Below, in pieces: positions 13,801-27,313 of a stretch of 64,000 nt of DNA. The stretch is from Macrostomum lignano (lineage: Eukaryota): NCBI GenBank assembly GCA_002269645.1, contig NIVC01001634.1, positions 162,857 to 226,856 on the forward strand, written 5' to 3'. The position numbers were made by a program, and so were the translations under genes. How positions within the stretch are numbered: position 1 is the stretch's first letter; the number at the start of each line of letters is the position of its first letter. The notes beneath the pieces are model-generated. The model searched no databases. It saw only the letters and a list, made by a program, of their open reading frames with translations, and was not told the DNA's origin.

Positions 13801-16800
13801 TCTCACCTCTCTCCCTCACTATCTACTTGGTGTCTCACCTCTCTCACTCACTATCTACGTTGGTGTTTCACCTCTCTCCCTCACTATCTACTTGGTGTCT
13901 CACCTCTCTCACTCACTATCTACTTTGGTGTCTCACCTCTCTCCTCACTATCTACTTTGGTGTCTCACCTCTCTCACTCACTATCTACTTGGTGTCTCAC
14001 CTCTCTCCCTCACTATCTACCTTGGTGTCTCGCCTCTCTCCCTCACTATCTACTTTGGTGTCTCACCTCTCTCCTCACTATCTACGTTGGTGTTTCACCT
14101 CTCTCCCTCACTATCTACTTTGGTGTCTCGCCTCTCTCCCTCACTATCTACCTTGGTGTCTCACCTCTCTCCCTCACTATCTACCTTGGTGTCTCGCCTC
14201 TCTCCCTCACTATCTACCTTGGTGTCTCGCCTCTCTCCTCACTATCTACCTTGGTGTCTCGCCTCTCTCCCTCACTATCTACTTTGGTGTCTCACTCTCT
14301 CCCTCACTATCTACCTTGGTGTCTCGCCTCTCTCCCTCACTATCTACTTTGGTGTCTCATCTGTCTCTCCCTCACTATCTACCTTGGTGTCTCGCCTCTC
14401 TCCCTCACTATCTACTTTGGTGTCTCATCTGTCTCTCCCTCACTATCTACCTTGGTGTCTCGCCTCTCTCCCTCACTATCTACCTTGGTGTCTCATCTGT
14501 CTCTCCCTCACTATCTACCTTGGTGTCTCGCCTCTCTCCCTCACTATCTACCTTGGTGTCTCGCTCTCTCTCACTATCTACCTTGGTGTCTCATCTCTCT
14601 CCCTCACTATCTACCTTGGTGTCTCGCCTCTCTCCTCACTATCTACTTGGTGTCTCGCCTCTCCCTCACTATCTACTTGGTGTCTCACCTCTCTCCTCAC
14701 TATCTACGTTGGTGTTCACCTCTCTCCCTCACTATCTACTTTGGTGTCTCACCTCTCTCACTCACTATCTACGTTGGTGTTTCACCTCTCTCCCTCACTA
14801 TCTACTTGGTGTCTCACCTCTCTCACTCACTATCTACGTTGGTGTTTCACCTCTCTCCCTCACTATCTACCTTGGTGTCTCACCTCTCTCCCTCACTATC
14901 TACTTGGTGTCTCATCTCTCTCCCTCACTATCTACCTTGGTGTCTCGCCTCTCTCCCTCACTATCTACCTTGGTGTCTCATCTGTCTCTCCCTCACTATC
15001 TACCTTGGTGTCTCGCCTCTCTCCCTCACTATCTACCTTGGTGTCTCGCCTCTCTCCCTCACTATCTACCTTGGTGTCTCATCTCTCTCCCTCACTATCT
15101 ACCTTGGTGTCTCGCCTCTCTCCCTCACTATCTACTTGGTGTCTCGCCTCTCTCCCTCACTATCTACTTGGTGTCTCACCTCTCTCCTCACTATCTACTT
15201 GGTGTCTCACCTCTCTCCCTCACTATCTACTTGGTGTCTCACCTCTCTCACTCACTATCTACGTTGGTGTTTCACCTCTCTCCCTCACTATCTACTTGGT
15301 GTCTCACCTCTCTCACTCACTATCTACTTGGTGTCTCACCTCTCTCCTCACTATCTACTTTGGTGTCTCACCTCTCTCACTCACTATCTACGTTGGTGTT
15401 CACCTCTCTCCCTCACTATCTACTTGGTGTCTCGCCTCTCTCCCTCACTATCTACTTGGTGTCTCACCTCTCTCCTCACTATCTACCTTGGTGTCTCGCC
15501 TCTCTCCCTCACTATCTACTTGGTGTCTCGCCTCTCTCCCTCACTATCTACTTGGTGTCTCACCTCTCTCCCTCACTATCTACCTTGGTGTCTCGCCTCT
15601 CTCCCTCACTATCTACTTTGGTGTCTCGCCTCTCTCCCTCACTATCTACCTTGGTGTCTCGCCTCTCTCCCTCACTATCTACCTTGGTGTCTCACCTCTC
15701 TCCCTCACTATCTACGTTGGTGTCTCACCTCTCCCTCACTATCTACCTTGGTGTCTCACCTCTCTCCCTCACTATCTACCTTGGTGTCTCACCTCTCTCC
15801 CTCACTATCTACCTTGGTGTCTCACCTCTCCCTCACTATCTACTTTGGTGTCTCACCTCTCTCTCACTATCTACCTTGGTGTCTCATCTCTCCCTCACTA
15901 TCTACCTTGGTGTCTCACCTCTCTCCCTCACTATCTACTTGGTGTCTCACCTCTCTCCCTCACTATCTACTTTGGTGTCTCATCTGTCTCTCCCTCACTA
16001 TCTACCTTGGTGTCTCACCTCTCTCCCTCACTATCTACCTTGGTGTCTCACCTCTCTCCCTCACTATCTACCTTGGTGTCTCACCTCTCTCCCTCACTAT
16101 CTACCTTGGTGTCTCACCTCTCTCCTCACTATCTACCTTGGTGTCTCACCTCTCTCTCACTATCTACCTTGGTGTCTCACCTCTCTCCCTCACTATCTAC
16201 TTGGTGTCTCACCTCTCTCCCTCACTATCTACTTTGGTGTCTCATCTGTCTCTCTCCCTCACTATCTACCTTGGTGTCTCGCCTCTCTCCCTCACTATCT
16301 ACCTTGGTGTCTCGCCTCTCTCCCTCACTATCTACCTTGGTGTCTCGCCTCTCTCCCTCACTATCTACCTTGGTGTCTCGCCTCTCTCCTCACTATCTAC
16401 CTTGGTGTCTCGCCTCTCTCCCTCACTATCTACTTTGGTGTCTCACTATCTACTTTGTCTCACTATCTACCTTGGTGTCTCGCCTCTCTCCCTCACTATC
16501 TACTTTGGTGTCTCATCTGTCTCTCCCTCACTATCTACCTTGGTGTCTCGCCTCTCTCCCTCACTATCTACTTTGGTGTCTCATCTGTCTCTCCCTCACT
16601 ATCTACCTTGGTGTCTCGCCTCTCTCCCTCACTATCTACCTTGGTGTCTCATCTGTCTCTCCCTCACTATCTACCTTGGTGTCTCGCCTCTCTCCCTCAC
16701 TATCTACCTTGGTGTCTCGCCTCTCTCCCTCACTATCTACCTTGGTGTCTCATCTGTCTCTCCCTCACTATCTACGTTGGTGTTTCACTTCTCTCCCTCA

Positions 16801-16895
16801 CTGTCTACTTTGGTGTCTCACCTCTCTCACTCACTATCTACGTTGGTGTTTCACCTCTCTCCCTTACTATCTACGTTGGTGTTTCACCCTTCTCC
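1899..16895. repeat. ~15 kb satellite, 33-bp unit CCTCTCTCCCTCACTATCTACCTTGGTGTCTCG with 31-35 bp variants
   Basis: Roughly 450 tandem copies. Variant units (TACGTTGGTGTTTCAC, CATCTGTC) recur in blocks. The plus strand has no stop codons, giving three ~5,000-aa pseudo-ORFs. Confidence 0.98.
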
Positions 16896-17332
16896 ATCTT
16901 ATCTTAACCATGAGAATCTTCAGCGCCTGATTGTCTCGTCTGAGCACTTCATCTGACTCTGCACGCTGTTCTCACACAGTCGAACTTCTTTTGAGCAGCT
17001 TCTGAATTCTCTCAAAGGCAAGCACTAGCTACTCCGCATCTCCTTTGTTTCAGCGAACAGAGAGACTGCTCAGTGGACCGGATTCAGCGGCTAATTAAAG
17101 ACAACTCAAACCGCATCCAAAATCCCTGTGCAAGACTTGCGCAATGGGCACTTGAAACTGCACAAAAATTCTAGATTAAAAATAGCTTCCCAGTATAACT
17201 GTCGCGGAATATGAACTCGTTTATTAAATCTTAAATCTGTCATAACAATGATGAACACACTCGAGTTCTAAAGCGAAGGCAAGAAATGTGAAGTGTATGA
17301 CTCACTGTCACTGATAAAACTGTAGACGGATT

Positions 17333-18097
<765 letters not shown>

Positions 18098-18510
18098 AGA
18101 AATTCCTCATTCATAAATTCCAATTCCAAATAACCATGCATGCCCCTGGCGGCGAGTTTCCACAAAGCTGCCAGTCAGCCACTGATTCTTCATTACCTTG
18201 ATACCCCATTATCGAGGCTCTAAGCATAAAAGGCAGCCATATGGGATTTGGCGCCCAGCCAAACACAGCACGGTCGGATCAACAATATTATTGGCTGTGT
18301 AAATCAAATCAAGATTACTGGATAGTCATTACGTCTGGTCTACTCGTATCTACTCACAGACACAAACATAAATAACAAAGCCATGCGGGCTGGAGGACAC
18401 TTTTTCAGTCTCAGAGTCACTGGTTGCGCCGCTTGGCTACCCACGGGCTGCCGTGGGATTGCATCACCTATGAGCTGCTGTTGTGGCGGCAGAATGAATT
18501 ATCAGTGAAT

Positions 18511-18578
18511 TGTCTGTCTGTCTGTGTGTCTGCCTGTCTGTCTGTCTGTGTGTCTGTCTGTCTGTCTGTCTGTCTGTG

Positions 18579-18625
<47 letters not shown>

Positions 18626-18626
18626 G

Positions 18627-18669
<43 letters not shown>

Positions 18670-18766
18670 GTGTCTGTCTGTCTGTCTGTCTGTCTGTGTG
18701 TCTGTCTGTCTGTGTGTCTGTCTGTCTTTCTGTCTGTCTGTCTGTCTGTCTGTGTGTCTGTCTGTG

Positions 18767-18805
<39 letters not shown>

Positions 18806-18846
18806 GTGTCTGTCTGTGTGTCTGTGTGTCTGTCTGTCTGTCTGTG

Positions 18847-18881
<35 letters not shown>

Positions 18882-18906
18882 GTGTCTGTCTGTCTGTCTG
18901 TCTGTG

Positions 18907-18937
<31 letters not shown>

Positions 18938-18938
18938 G

Positions 18939-18985
<47 letters not shown>

Positions 18986-18986
18986 G

Positions 18987-19079
<93 letters not shown>

Positions 19080-19119
19080 TGTCTATCCATCCATCTATCT
19101 ATCAATCCATCCACCTATC

Positions 19120-19177
<58 letters not shown>

Positions 19178-19190
19178 CACCTACCTATCT
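18511..19190. repeat. compound (TCTG)n-(TCCA/TCTA)n microsatellite
   Basis: Directly visible. Confidence 0.97.
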
Positions 19191-19819
19191 GTATAAACAG
19201 ACTTCAAGCCAGCAACAAAGGCCAGCAGGCTGAAGGGAGATCCCGCATAAAAGAATTGCGCAAGGCGGCCGCACCAGTTCGAACAGGGGCAACTGAGAAT
19301 CAAAAAGAAAGCCAAGCCGCTGAAGAAGCCTAAGCAACCACAACCAGTTGGAGCCCTTAGCGCCCCCTGACCCTACATTTCCCATCTGCAGATTGCGTCA
19401 GCCAGGCAGTCAGGGCACACACAGTAGACAGCATGATGCAAGCCCCTAGCATAATTTGAAAATCCAAGGCCAGATGTCCCAACCAGCATCTCGTATATAG
19501 CGTGAATTCAAATTTATTGTCCATAGTCTGAGACCCAATACAAAGTACGCAATATACAAATGATGCCGCTTCCAGTGAACTGCGTCGATCTAAGCTGACA
19601 GACACAGAGACTATTCTTGTTGCGTCACGACCACGCACGGCAGAGCAGACATGCTCGCAGAAATGTGACTGGGCTAAAGCCAGACCCCATCACTTGTCAC
19701 GATCAATCAACAACAGAATTTTAACGATATTCGACACTGAGGCTGCTGCGTCAATTCATATCGAATTTCCTGTGCTCAGTGCGGTTACACTGCTCTCGGT
19801 AAACTCCTATTGAGAATTT

Positions 19820-20470
19820 TAAATCGGGATTCTCGGGATTGGGATCAGTGCTTTGGGGATTGGGATCAGGATTCTGGGGATTAGGATTAGCGTTTTGGAG
19901 ATTGGGATCAGGATTCTGGGGATTAGGATCAGAGTCTTGGGGATTGGGATCAGGATCAGCGTTTTGGAGATTGGGATCAGGATTCTGGGGATTAGGATCA
20001 GAGTCTTGGGGATTGGGATCAGGATCAGCGTTTTGGAGATTGGGATCAGGATTCTGGGGATTAGGATCAGAGTTTTGGGGATTGGGATCAGGATTCTGGG
20101 GATTAGTATCAGAGTTTTGGGGGTTGGGATCAGAGTTTTGGGGATTGGGATCAGATTTTTGGGGATTGGGATTGGGATCAGTTTTAGGGATTGGGATCAG
20201 ATTTTTGGGGATTTGGATTGGGATCAGAGTTTTAGGGATTGGGATCAGATTTTGGGGGATTGGGATTGGGATCAGAGTTTTAGGGATTGGGATCAGATTT
20301 TGGGGGATTGGGATTGGGATCAGAGTTTTGGGGGTTGGGATCAGATTTTGGGGGATTGGGATTGGGATCAGAGTTTTAGGGATTGGGATCAGATTTTTGG
20401 GGATTGGGATCCTGGGGACTGGAATCGGGATTCTGTGGATTGGGATTGGGATCCTGGGGATTGGGAACGG
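19820..20470. repeat. minisatellite, ~21-27 bp units (GGGATTGGGATCAGAGTTTTG)
   Basis: Directly visible tandem array built on GGGATT hexamers. Confidence 0.95.
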
Positions 20471-21159
20471 GACTATTAAGAAGTTTGTTTGCCAATTAAA
20501 ACTCATTAAAATGAAATGCTTCACAAACACAGGTATCAGTTACAGTCATCAACGAGTTTATAATATCCAGTACACTGTATTCAATAATATATTATACTTA
20601 AATAAACAAACCATATGATTATGATTACAAAGTCAACAGAAACAACTAAGTGTTTGTATTGTACAAGTTGTACAAGACACAAGCGGAGTAAATCAGCAAT
20701 GGAGGACACAAAACGCAGGTAAGAAATCGCTGATAAAATTTAAAACCCAGCCAGCATAGTCCAGCATGGCAATCGTCCTCGGTGAAGCGGACAGGCCAGC
20801 CAATTTATACAGCAAGGCTAGAAGCTTGAATTCTGATGCAAAAAATAACGTTAAAAACCCTTACTTACCTACTGACAAGTTGTCTACTTAGTAGACTATT
20901 AAGCATATGCCAACTATATAATTAGTGGGTAGATATTAATATTTGGATCAAATTATAAACAAACAAGCACGTCACAGCGAGATGTGTAACAGAGGTTGAT
21001 AATAAAAATAAAAGGAAGATTACTATATTACGTAGATAAGATATAAAGTACATTGTACTTTTTAGACACATAAGCTTGTTCGTACATTTTACAATATTTA
21101 GTACAATTCTGATTGAATATCCTTATTTTTGATTCGAAGGTTTTTATTAAAATAGAGTT

Positions 21160-21730
21160 CAGAGAATGGCGATCTTCCATTTGAAATGGGATTCAGAGAA
21201 TGGGGATTTTACACATTTGAAATGGGATTCAGAGAATGGGGATTTTACACATTTGAAATGGGATTCAGAGAATCGGGATCTAACATTTGAAATAGGATTC
21301 AAAGAATGGGGATCTTATACACATTTGAAATGGGATTCAGAGAATGGGGATCTTATGCACATTTGAAATGGGATTTAGAGAATTGGGATCTAACATTTGA
21401 AATAGGATTCAAAGAATGGGGATCTTATACACATTTGAAATGGGATTCAGAGAATGGGGATCTTATGCACATTTGAAATGGGATTCAGAGAATGGGGATC
21501 TTATACACATTTGAAATGGGATTCAAAGAATGGGGATCTTATACACATTTGAAATGGGATTCAGAGAATGGGGATCTTATGCACATTTGAAATGGGATTC
21601 AGAGAATGGGGATCTTATGCACATTTGAAATGGGATTCAGAGAATGGGGATCTTATGCACATTTGAAATGGGATTCAGAGAATGGGGATCTTATGCACAT
21701 TTGAAATGGGATTCAGAGAATGGGGATTTT
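21160..21730. repeat. 38-bp minisatellite (ACACATTTGAAATGGGATTCAGAGAATGGGGATCTTAT) immediately downstream of the METTL3 stop
   Basis: About 15 tandem copies, ending about 10 bp from the stop codon at 21741. Confidence 0.95.
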
Positions 21731-21740
21731 CAATTTGCTC

Positions 21741-22109
21741 CTACCCAGCAGGTTTTGTCACCACCCCGTCGGGATACTTGGCTCTGAACTTGGCCACCAC
21801 ATCCGGGTCGATCAGTTTAACGCCGTCCAACTGATTACCAAGGGTGATCCAGTTCGGCTGAACATTATGAGGCCGACCAAACAGCTCCAGCTTCCTCGTG
21901 CCGGGCGACAGTCGCTCAATGATGCCGTAGATTTCGTCCGGTTTGTGCGAAGTGGCGCGGACTTCGCTAACGATGACGTCACAGTCCAGGCCGAGGTTGA
22001 CATTCTTTGGACTGCCTTTAACTCCGATGATGCAGTGCTCCTTGCCGTGGTTGAGCCAGTGACCTGTGCGACCGGTGCGGATTATCCTCTGCAGCTGATT
22101 GGTCTTCAC
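21741..22109 (-). CDS. METTL3: m6A methyltransferase METTL3 (MT-A70), exon 6 (last)
   Basis: [26 protein letters not shown]...[45 protein letters not shown] matches the METTL3 C-terminus. CAG acceptor at 22112-22110, phase 0. Confidence 0.96.
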   Translation of the reverse strand: MKTNQLQRIIRTGRTGHWLNHGKEHCIIGVKGSPKNVNLGLDCDVIVSEVRATSHKPDEIYGIIERLSPGTRKLELFGRPHNVQPNWITLGNQLDGVKLIDPDVVAKFRAKYPDGVVTKPAG

Positions 22110-22207
22110 CTGGCAACGGGGTGGGTGGGGGCGAAACAAATCGCTTTTTTTGGAGCTGCGATTGCAATTCACCCCATAAAATCTGTGGGGATTCTGAGAT
22201 ACGCTCG

Positions 22208-22553
22208 TACTACTACTATTACTACTACTATACTATTACTACTACTCTACTACTATTACTACTACTATACTATTACTACTACTCTACTACTATTACTACT
22301 ACTACAACTACTATTACTCTACCACTGCTACTACTGCTACTACAACAACTATAACTGCTACTGCCACTAATACTACTACTGCTTCAATTGCTACTACTAC
22401 TACTACTCTACTACTACTACTACTACTATTCAATTGCTGCTACAACTACTACTATTACTACTACATTTACTAGTAAACCTCATACCACTAATATTCATAC
22501 TACTGCTACTACTACTACATAACTACTACTACCACTACTATTAATACTACTAC

Positions 22554-22588
<35 letters not shown>

Positions 22589-22601
22589 TTAATACTACTA
22601 C

Positions 22602-22645
<44 letters not shown>

Positions 22646-22649
22646 TTAA

Positions 22650-22684
<35 letters not shown>

Positions 22685-22688
22685 TTAA

Positions 22689-22741
<53 letters not shown>

Positions 22742-22760
22742 TTAATAATACTACTACTAT
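22208..22760. repeat. (TAC)n microsatellite in METTL3 intron 5
   Basis: Directly visible. Confidence 0.97.
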
Positions 22761-22803
22761 TTTTAAAACTCCAAAACAGAGAACAAGCAAGCAAAGCTCT
22801 CAC

Positions 22804-23108
22804 CCAGATAAGCTCCCCGATAATCTTGTAACCCCACAGTCGCAAGCAGTCACGGCCGGTCTCAATCGCTCGCCCGGTCACCCACAGGAAAATATAGCCG
22901 GAGTCTTGCAGACAGGGAATGTCCAAGGATTTCATCTCGTGGTCGGACATGGTGCCGTAGGGCAGCTCCATGTGGATGTCCCAGGGCGGGTCGCCCATGA
23001 TGACGGCGAATTTGCCCAGAACGGTCATGTCAAGATGCCGGATGTCGCACTGGATCCACTGCGGCGGGTACAGGGTGATCTCGTCCTGGTAGTGGGGCTT
23101 CTGGGGCA
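22804..23108 (-). CDS. METTL3: METTL3 exon 5 (catalytic DPPW motif)
   Basis: PPQWIQCDIRHLDMTVLGKFAVIMGDPPWDIHMELPYGTM...FLWVTGRA. CAG acceptor and GTGAGA donor are phase-compatible with the neighbouring exons. Confidence 0.96.
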
Positions 23109-23194
23109 CTGGAATTCGGTTTGGCTTGCATATTTGTAGCTTAACTGTGCTAATAATCCAAATTATGACTTAAATTAGATTACTATGAACTAAA

Positions 23195-23915
23195 TAAAAT
23201 AACTATGACCCATATTAAATAACTATGACCTATATTAAATGACTATGACCCAGATTAAACGACTATGACCCAGATTAAATGACTATGACCCAGATTCAAT
23301 GACTATGACCCAGATTAAATGACTATGACCCAGATTAAATGACTATGACCCAGATTAAATGACTATGACCCAGATTAAATAACTATGACCCAGATTAAAT
23401 GACTATGACCCAGATTAAATGACTATTACCCAGATTAAATGACTATGACCCAGATTAAATGACTATGACCCAGATTAAATGACTATGACCCAGATTAAAT
23501 GACTATGACCCAGATTAAATGACAATGACCCATATTAAATGACTATGACCCATATTAAATGACTATGACCCAGATTAAATGACTATGACCCAGATTAAAT
23601 GACTATGACCCATATTAAATGACTATGACCCAGATTAAATGACTATGACCCAGATTAAATGGCTATGACCGAGATTAAATGACTATGACCCAGATTAAAT
23701 GACTATGACCCAGCTTAAATGACTATGACCCAGATTAAATGACTATGACCCAGATTAAATGACTATGACCCAGATTAAATGACTATGACCCATATTAAAA
23801 ACCTATGACCTATATTAAATGACTATAACCCAGATTAAATGACTATGACCCAGATTAAATGACTATGACCCAGATTAAATGGCTATGACCCAGATTAAAT
23901 AACTATGAGTCTATG
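23195..23915. repeat. 20-bp minisatellite (GACTATGACCCAGATTAAAT) in METTL3 intron 4
   Basis: About 35 near-identical copies. Confidence 0.97.
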
Positions 23916-24158
23916 ACCCAACTTAAATGATTGACCTAAATTTATTGACTAAGACTATAATTAAGTGACTATGACCCATATTTTAAGATTATCTACATGT
24001 ACAAACCATTTATATGAATTTAAGACCTATTTTTGATATTCGATACTATGACTGTGACCCGTTTACTAAGAATAAGTCTCAATTAGATGTGACTTTTCAC
24101 CTATATTAGATATAATTAGTGACCTAATCATTATACTATGACACATTGTAATACACAC

Positions 24159-24391
24159 CAGCAATGGCTTTAGAATCCCTAGCCTTTGGTTTGGCGGCCT
24201 CAGCCGCGGCAGCCTTCGCCTCTCTCAGATCGTCGGCATCGATCTCGTAGTGCACGTATTTGCACGTGTCGATGTGAAAGCAGGTGTTCAGAAACGAACA
24301 ATCGCCCAATGATGTGTCCGTGTGGCTTTGAACTATACGGCGAAAGTGCAAATCAGAGCAGCGCTGGGGAGGCTGGCCGGTGCGACCGTGC
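24159..24391 (-). CDS. METTL3: METTL3 exon 4 (CCCH zinc-finger region)
   Basis: CSDLHFRRIVQSHTDTSLGDCSFLNTCFHIDTCKYVHYEID. TTTGCAG acceptor, GTGTGT donor. Confidence 0.95.
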
Positions 24392-24424
24392 CTGCAAAGT
24401 TGAAGTGAAAATATTGGGGAGATG

Positions 24425-25155
24425 CTCAGGGTGGTTTTAGGGTAGATTCTCAGGCTGGTTTAGGGGAGATTTACAGGGTGGTTTAGGGAGATCCTTAGGG
24501 TGCTTTAGTGTAGATCCTCAGGGTGGTTTATGGTAGATTCTTGAAGTGGTTTAGGGTAGATACTGAGGCTGGTTTAGGGTTGATTCTCAGGGTGGTTTAG
24601 GGTAGATTCTTGGGTTGGTCTAGGGTAGATCCTCAGGGTGGTTTATGGTAGATTCTTGAAGTGGTTTAGGGTAGATACTGAGGCTGGTTTAGGGTTGATT
24701 CTCAGGGTGGTTTAGGGTAGATTCTTGGGTTGGTCTAGGGTAGATCCTCAGGGTGGTTTATGGTAGATTCTTGAAGTGGTTTAGGGTAGATACTGAGGCT
24801 GGTTTAGGGTTGATTCTCAGGGTGGTTTAGGGTAGATTCTCAGGCTGGTTTAGGGTAGATTCTTGGGTTGGTTTAGGGTAGATCCTCAGGGTGGTTTAGG
24901 GTTGATTCTCAGGCTGGTTTAGGGTTGATTTTCAGGGTTGTTTAGGGTTGATTCTCAGGCTGGTTTAGGGTAGATTCTCAGGCTGGTTTAGGGTAGATCC
25001 TCAGGGTGGTTTAGGGTAGATTCTCAGGCTGGTTTAGGGTAGATTCTCAGGGTGGTTTAGGGGAGATCCTCAGGCTGGTTTAGAGTAGATCCTCAGGCTG
25101 GTTTAGAGTAGATCCTCAGGGTGGTTTAGGGTAGATTCTTGGGTTGGTTTAGGGC
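24425..25155. repeat. 23-bp TTAGGG-containing minisatellite (GGTTTAGGGTAGATTCTCAGGCT) in METTL3 intron 3
   Basis: Directly visible; a ~115-bp (5-unit) higher-order block repeats at about 24.5-24.85 kb. Confidence 0.93.
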
Positions 25156-25250
25156 AGATTCGTGGGGTGATTTTGGGGAGCTTGATGCACAATTTTTAAC
25201 AAGTCGCGCAGAACAGCAATCAGCAACAAAGAGCAGCAACAAAGACCCAC

Positions 25251-25565
25251 CTAGCCGCGGCAGTAGCTTCGCATTGCGTTTCGAAGTCGCAGAACTTTCT
25301 AACTAGCGCCCCATTCCTAGATTTGAACTTTTCGATTCGCTGCAGCTCTCCGCGTTCTCCTGTGCAACAGTTTGGCAAAGCCTGGCGCTCTTTCAAAGTT
25401 TGCAAACTCTCCAGATTGCCGGCGTTTAAAACCTGCTGATAAGTGGACTCTTCCAGATGGTTGGCGTCAGTTTTCACCGCGGCTAAACAGGCGGTGAGGC
25501 GGTTGTGACGGCAGTCGGAGACCATCCACTGGCTGAGCAGGGGCGCAGTCTTGTCTGAGTCGTTT
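25251..25565 (-). CDS. METTL3: METTL3 exon 3
   Basis: Open in frame between phase-2 splice sites; ends RIEKFKSRNGALVRKFCDFETQC, which resembles METTL3 EKFRS.G..QVQEFCD. Confidence 0.85.
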
Positions 25566-25577
25566 CTGAAAGCGGAG

Positions 25578-26426
25578 AGTTGGGGAGATCTATGTGGCAG
25601 ATTGGGGAGATCTGTGGCAGATTGGGGAGATCTGTGTGGCAGATTGGGGAGATTTGTGGCAGATTGGGGAGATCTATGTGGCAGATTGGGGAGATTTGTG
25701 GCAGATTGGGGAGATCTATGTGGCAGATTGGGGAGATCTGTGTGGCAGATTGGGGAGATCTGTGTGGCAGATTGGGGAGATTTGTGGCAGATTGGGGAGA
25801 TCTATGTGGCAGATTGGGGAGATCTGTGTGGCAGATTGGGGAGATCTGTGTGGCAGATTGGGGTGATCTGTGGCAGATTGGGGAGATCTATCTGGCAGAT
25901 TGGGGAGATCTATGTGGCAGATTGGGGAGATCTGTGTGGCAGATTGGGGAGATCTGTGTGGCAGATTGGGGTGATCTGTGGCAGATTGGGGAGATCTATG
26001 TAGCAGATTGGGGAGATCTATGTGGCAGATTGGGGAGATCTATGTGGCAGATTGGGGTGATCTGTGGCAGATTGGGGAGATCTATCTGGCAGATTGGGGA
26101 GATCTATGTGGCAGATTGGGGATATCTATGTGGCAGATTGGGGATATCTGTGTGGCAGATTGGGGTGATCTATGGCAGATTGGGGTGATCTGTGGCAGAT
26201 TGGGGAGATCTGTGGCAGATTAGGGGGATCTATGTGGCAGATTGGGGTGATCTGTGGCAGATTGGAGAGATCTGTGGCAGATTGGAGATCTATGTGGCAG
26301 ACTGGGCCGGGAGATCTGTGGCAGATTGGGGGGATCTATGTGGCAGATTGGGGTGATCTGTGGCAGATTGGAGAGATCTGTGGCAGATTGGAGATCTATG
26401 TGGCAGACTGGGGAGATCTGTGGCAG
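25578..26426. repeat. 20/22-bp minisatellite (GGCAGATTGGGGAGATCTATGT) in METTL3 intron 2
   Basis: Directly visible. Confidence 0.97.
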
Positions 26427-26470
26427 ATTTATTAAAAGTGCAAACTGAACCCTTGAAGAAACAACCGTAC

Positions 26471-26739
26471 CTGACAACAACGATAACGCCCTGAGCTGCC
26501 TGCTTTTCCAGCAGGTCAACCAGAGCTTCTGGTGTCGGCGCCTGAGCTTCAGGAAATTTGACGGCCAGCATGTCGAAAATGACGGCAAAACTGACTGGCA
26601 GGTCCACCGTGACGCCGAGGTCTTCTAGCACTTCGAGGAGGCGCTGTTCGAGCTGCTGCACATGCAGATCATCACCGTCAACTAGAGGCGACGCCGCAAC
26701 ATCCGGGGCTTTGGCGGCCGCCTCATCTGGTGTCACCTC
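26471..26739 (-). CDS. METTL3: METTL3 exon 2 (leader/helical N-terminal region)
   Basis: EVTPDEAAAK...LEQRLLEVLED...LVDLLEKQAAQGVIVV. CAG acceptor at 26742-26740, GTACGG donor; phases fit. Confidence 0.8.
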
Positions 26740-26799
26740 CTGATTCGAACAAAATAATTTGAGAATCTGAGAAGCCTGATACCGACACTAATAAACTTG

Positions 26800-27010
26800 A
26801 TACGGATTCTAAGAAACCTGAAACCGATTCAAAGAAACCTGATACAAATTCTAAGAAACATGATACAGATTCTAAGAAACCTGATACGGATTCTAAGAAA
26901 CCTGATACGGATTCTAAGAAACCTGATACGGATTCTAAGAAACCTGATACGGTTTCTAGGAAACCAGACGCCGATTTAAATAAATTAGATACTGATTCTA
27001 GGAAACTTAA
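26800..27010. repeat. 21-bp minisatellite (ATTCTAAGAAACCTGATACGG) in METTL3 intron 1
   Basis: About 8 clean copies, degenerating towards about 27260. Confidence 0.9.
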
Positions 27011-27313
27011 TACCGAATCGAAGAAACCTAATACTCATTCTAAGAAACTTGATCGTAATTCTTCTAAGCCACTTGATCCTAATTATTTGATACAATGTTA
27101 ACGCTTCGTAGATTCCACGAAACGAGGCTATAATTTTGAAGAAATAAGCACGATACTTCTGCAATTTAAAGAAACCAAACTACGATTCTAAGAAACTACC
27201 CTTGCAACCAATGATGAATCTAGGAAAAAGGATCCGAACATCCTATTCTAAGAAACCAGATATTACAAACCCGAACCAAAAAGTTGGTTCTCAAAGCATA
27301 AAGTCTCACTGAC

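Noticed and set aside
1761-16956. Three ~5,000-aa ORFs
   Set aside because: They are translations of a 33-bp satellite that lacks stop codons on one strand; all three frames give the same peptides and there is no domain content.
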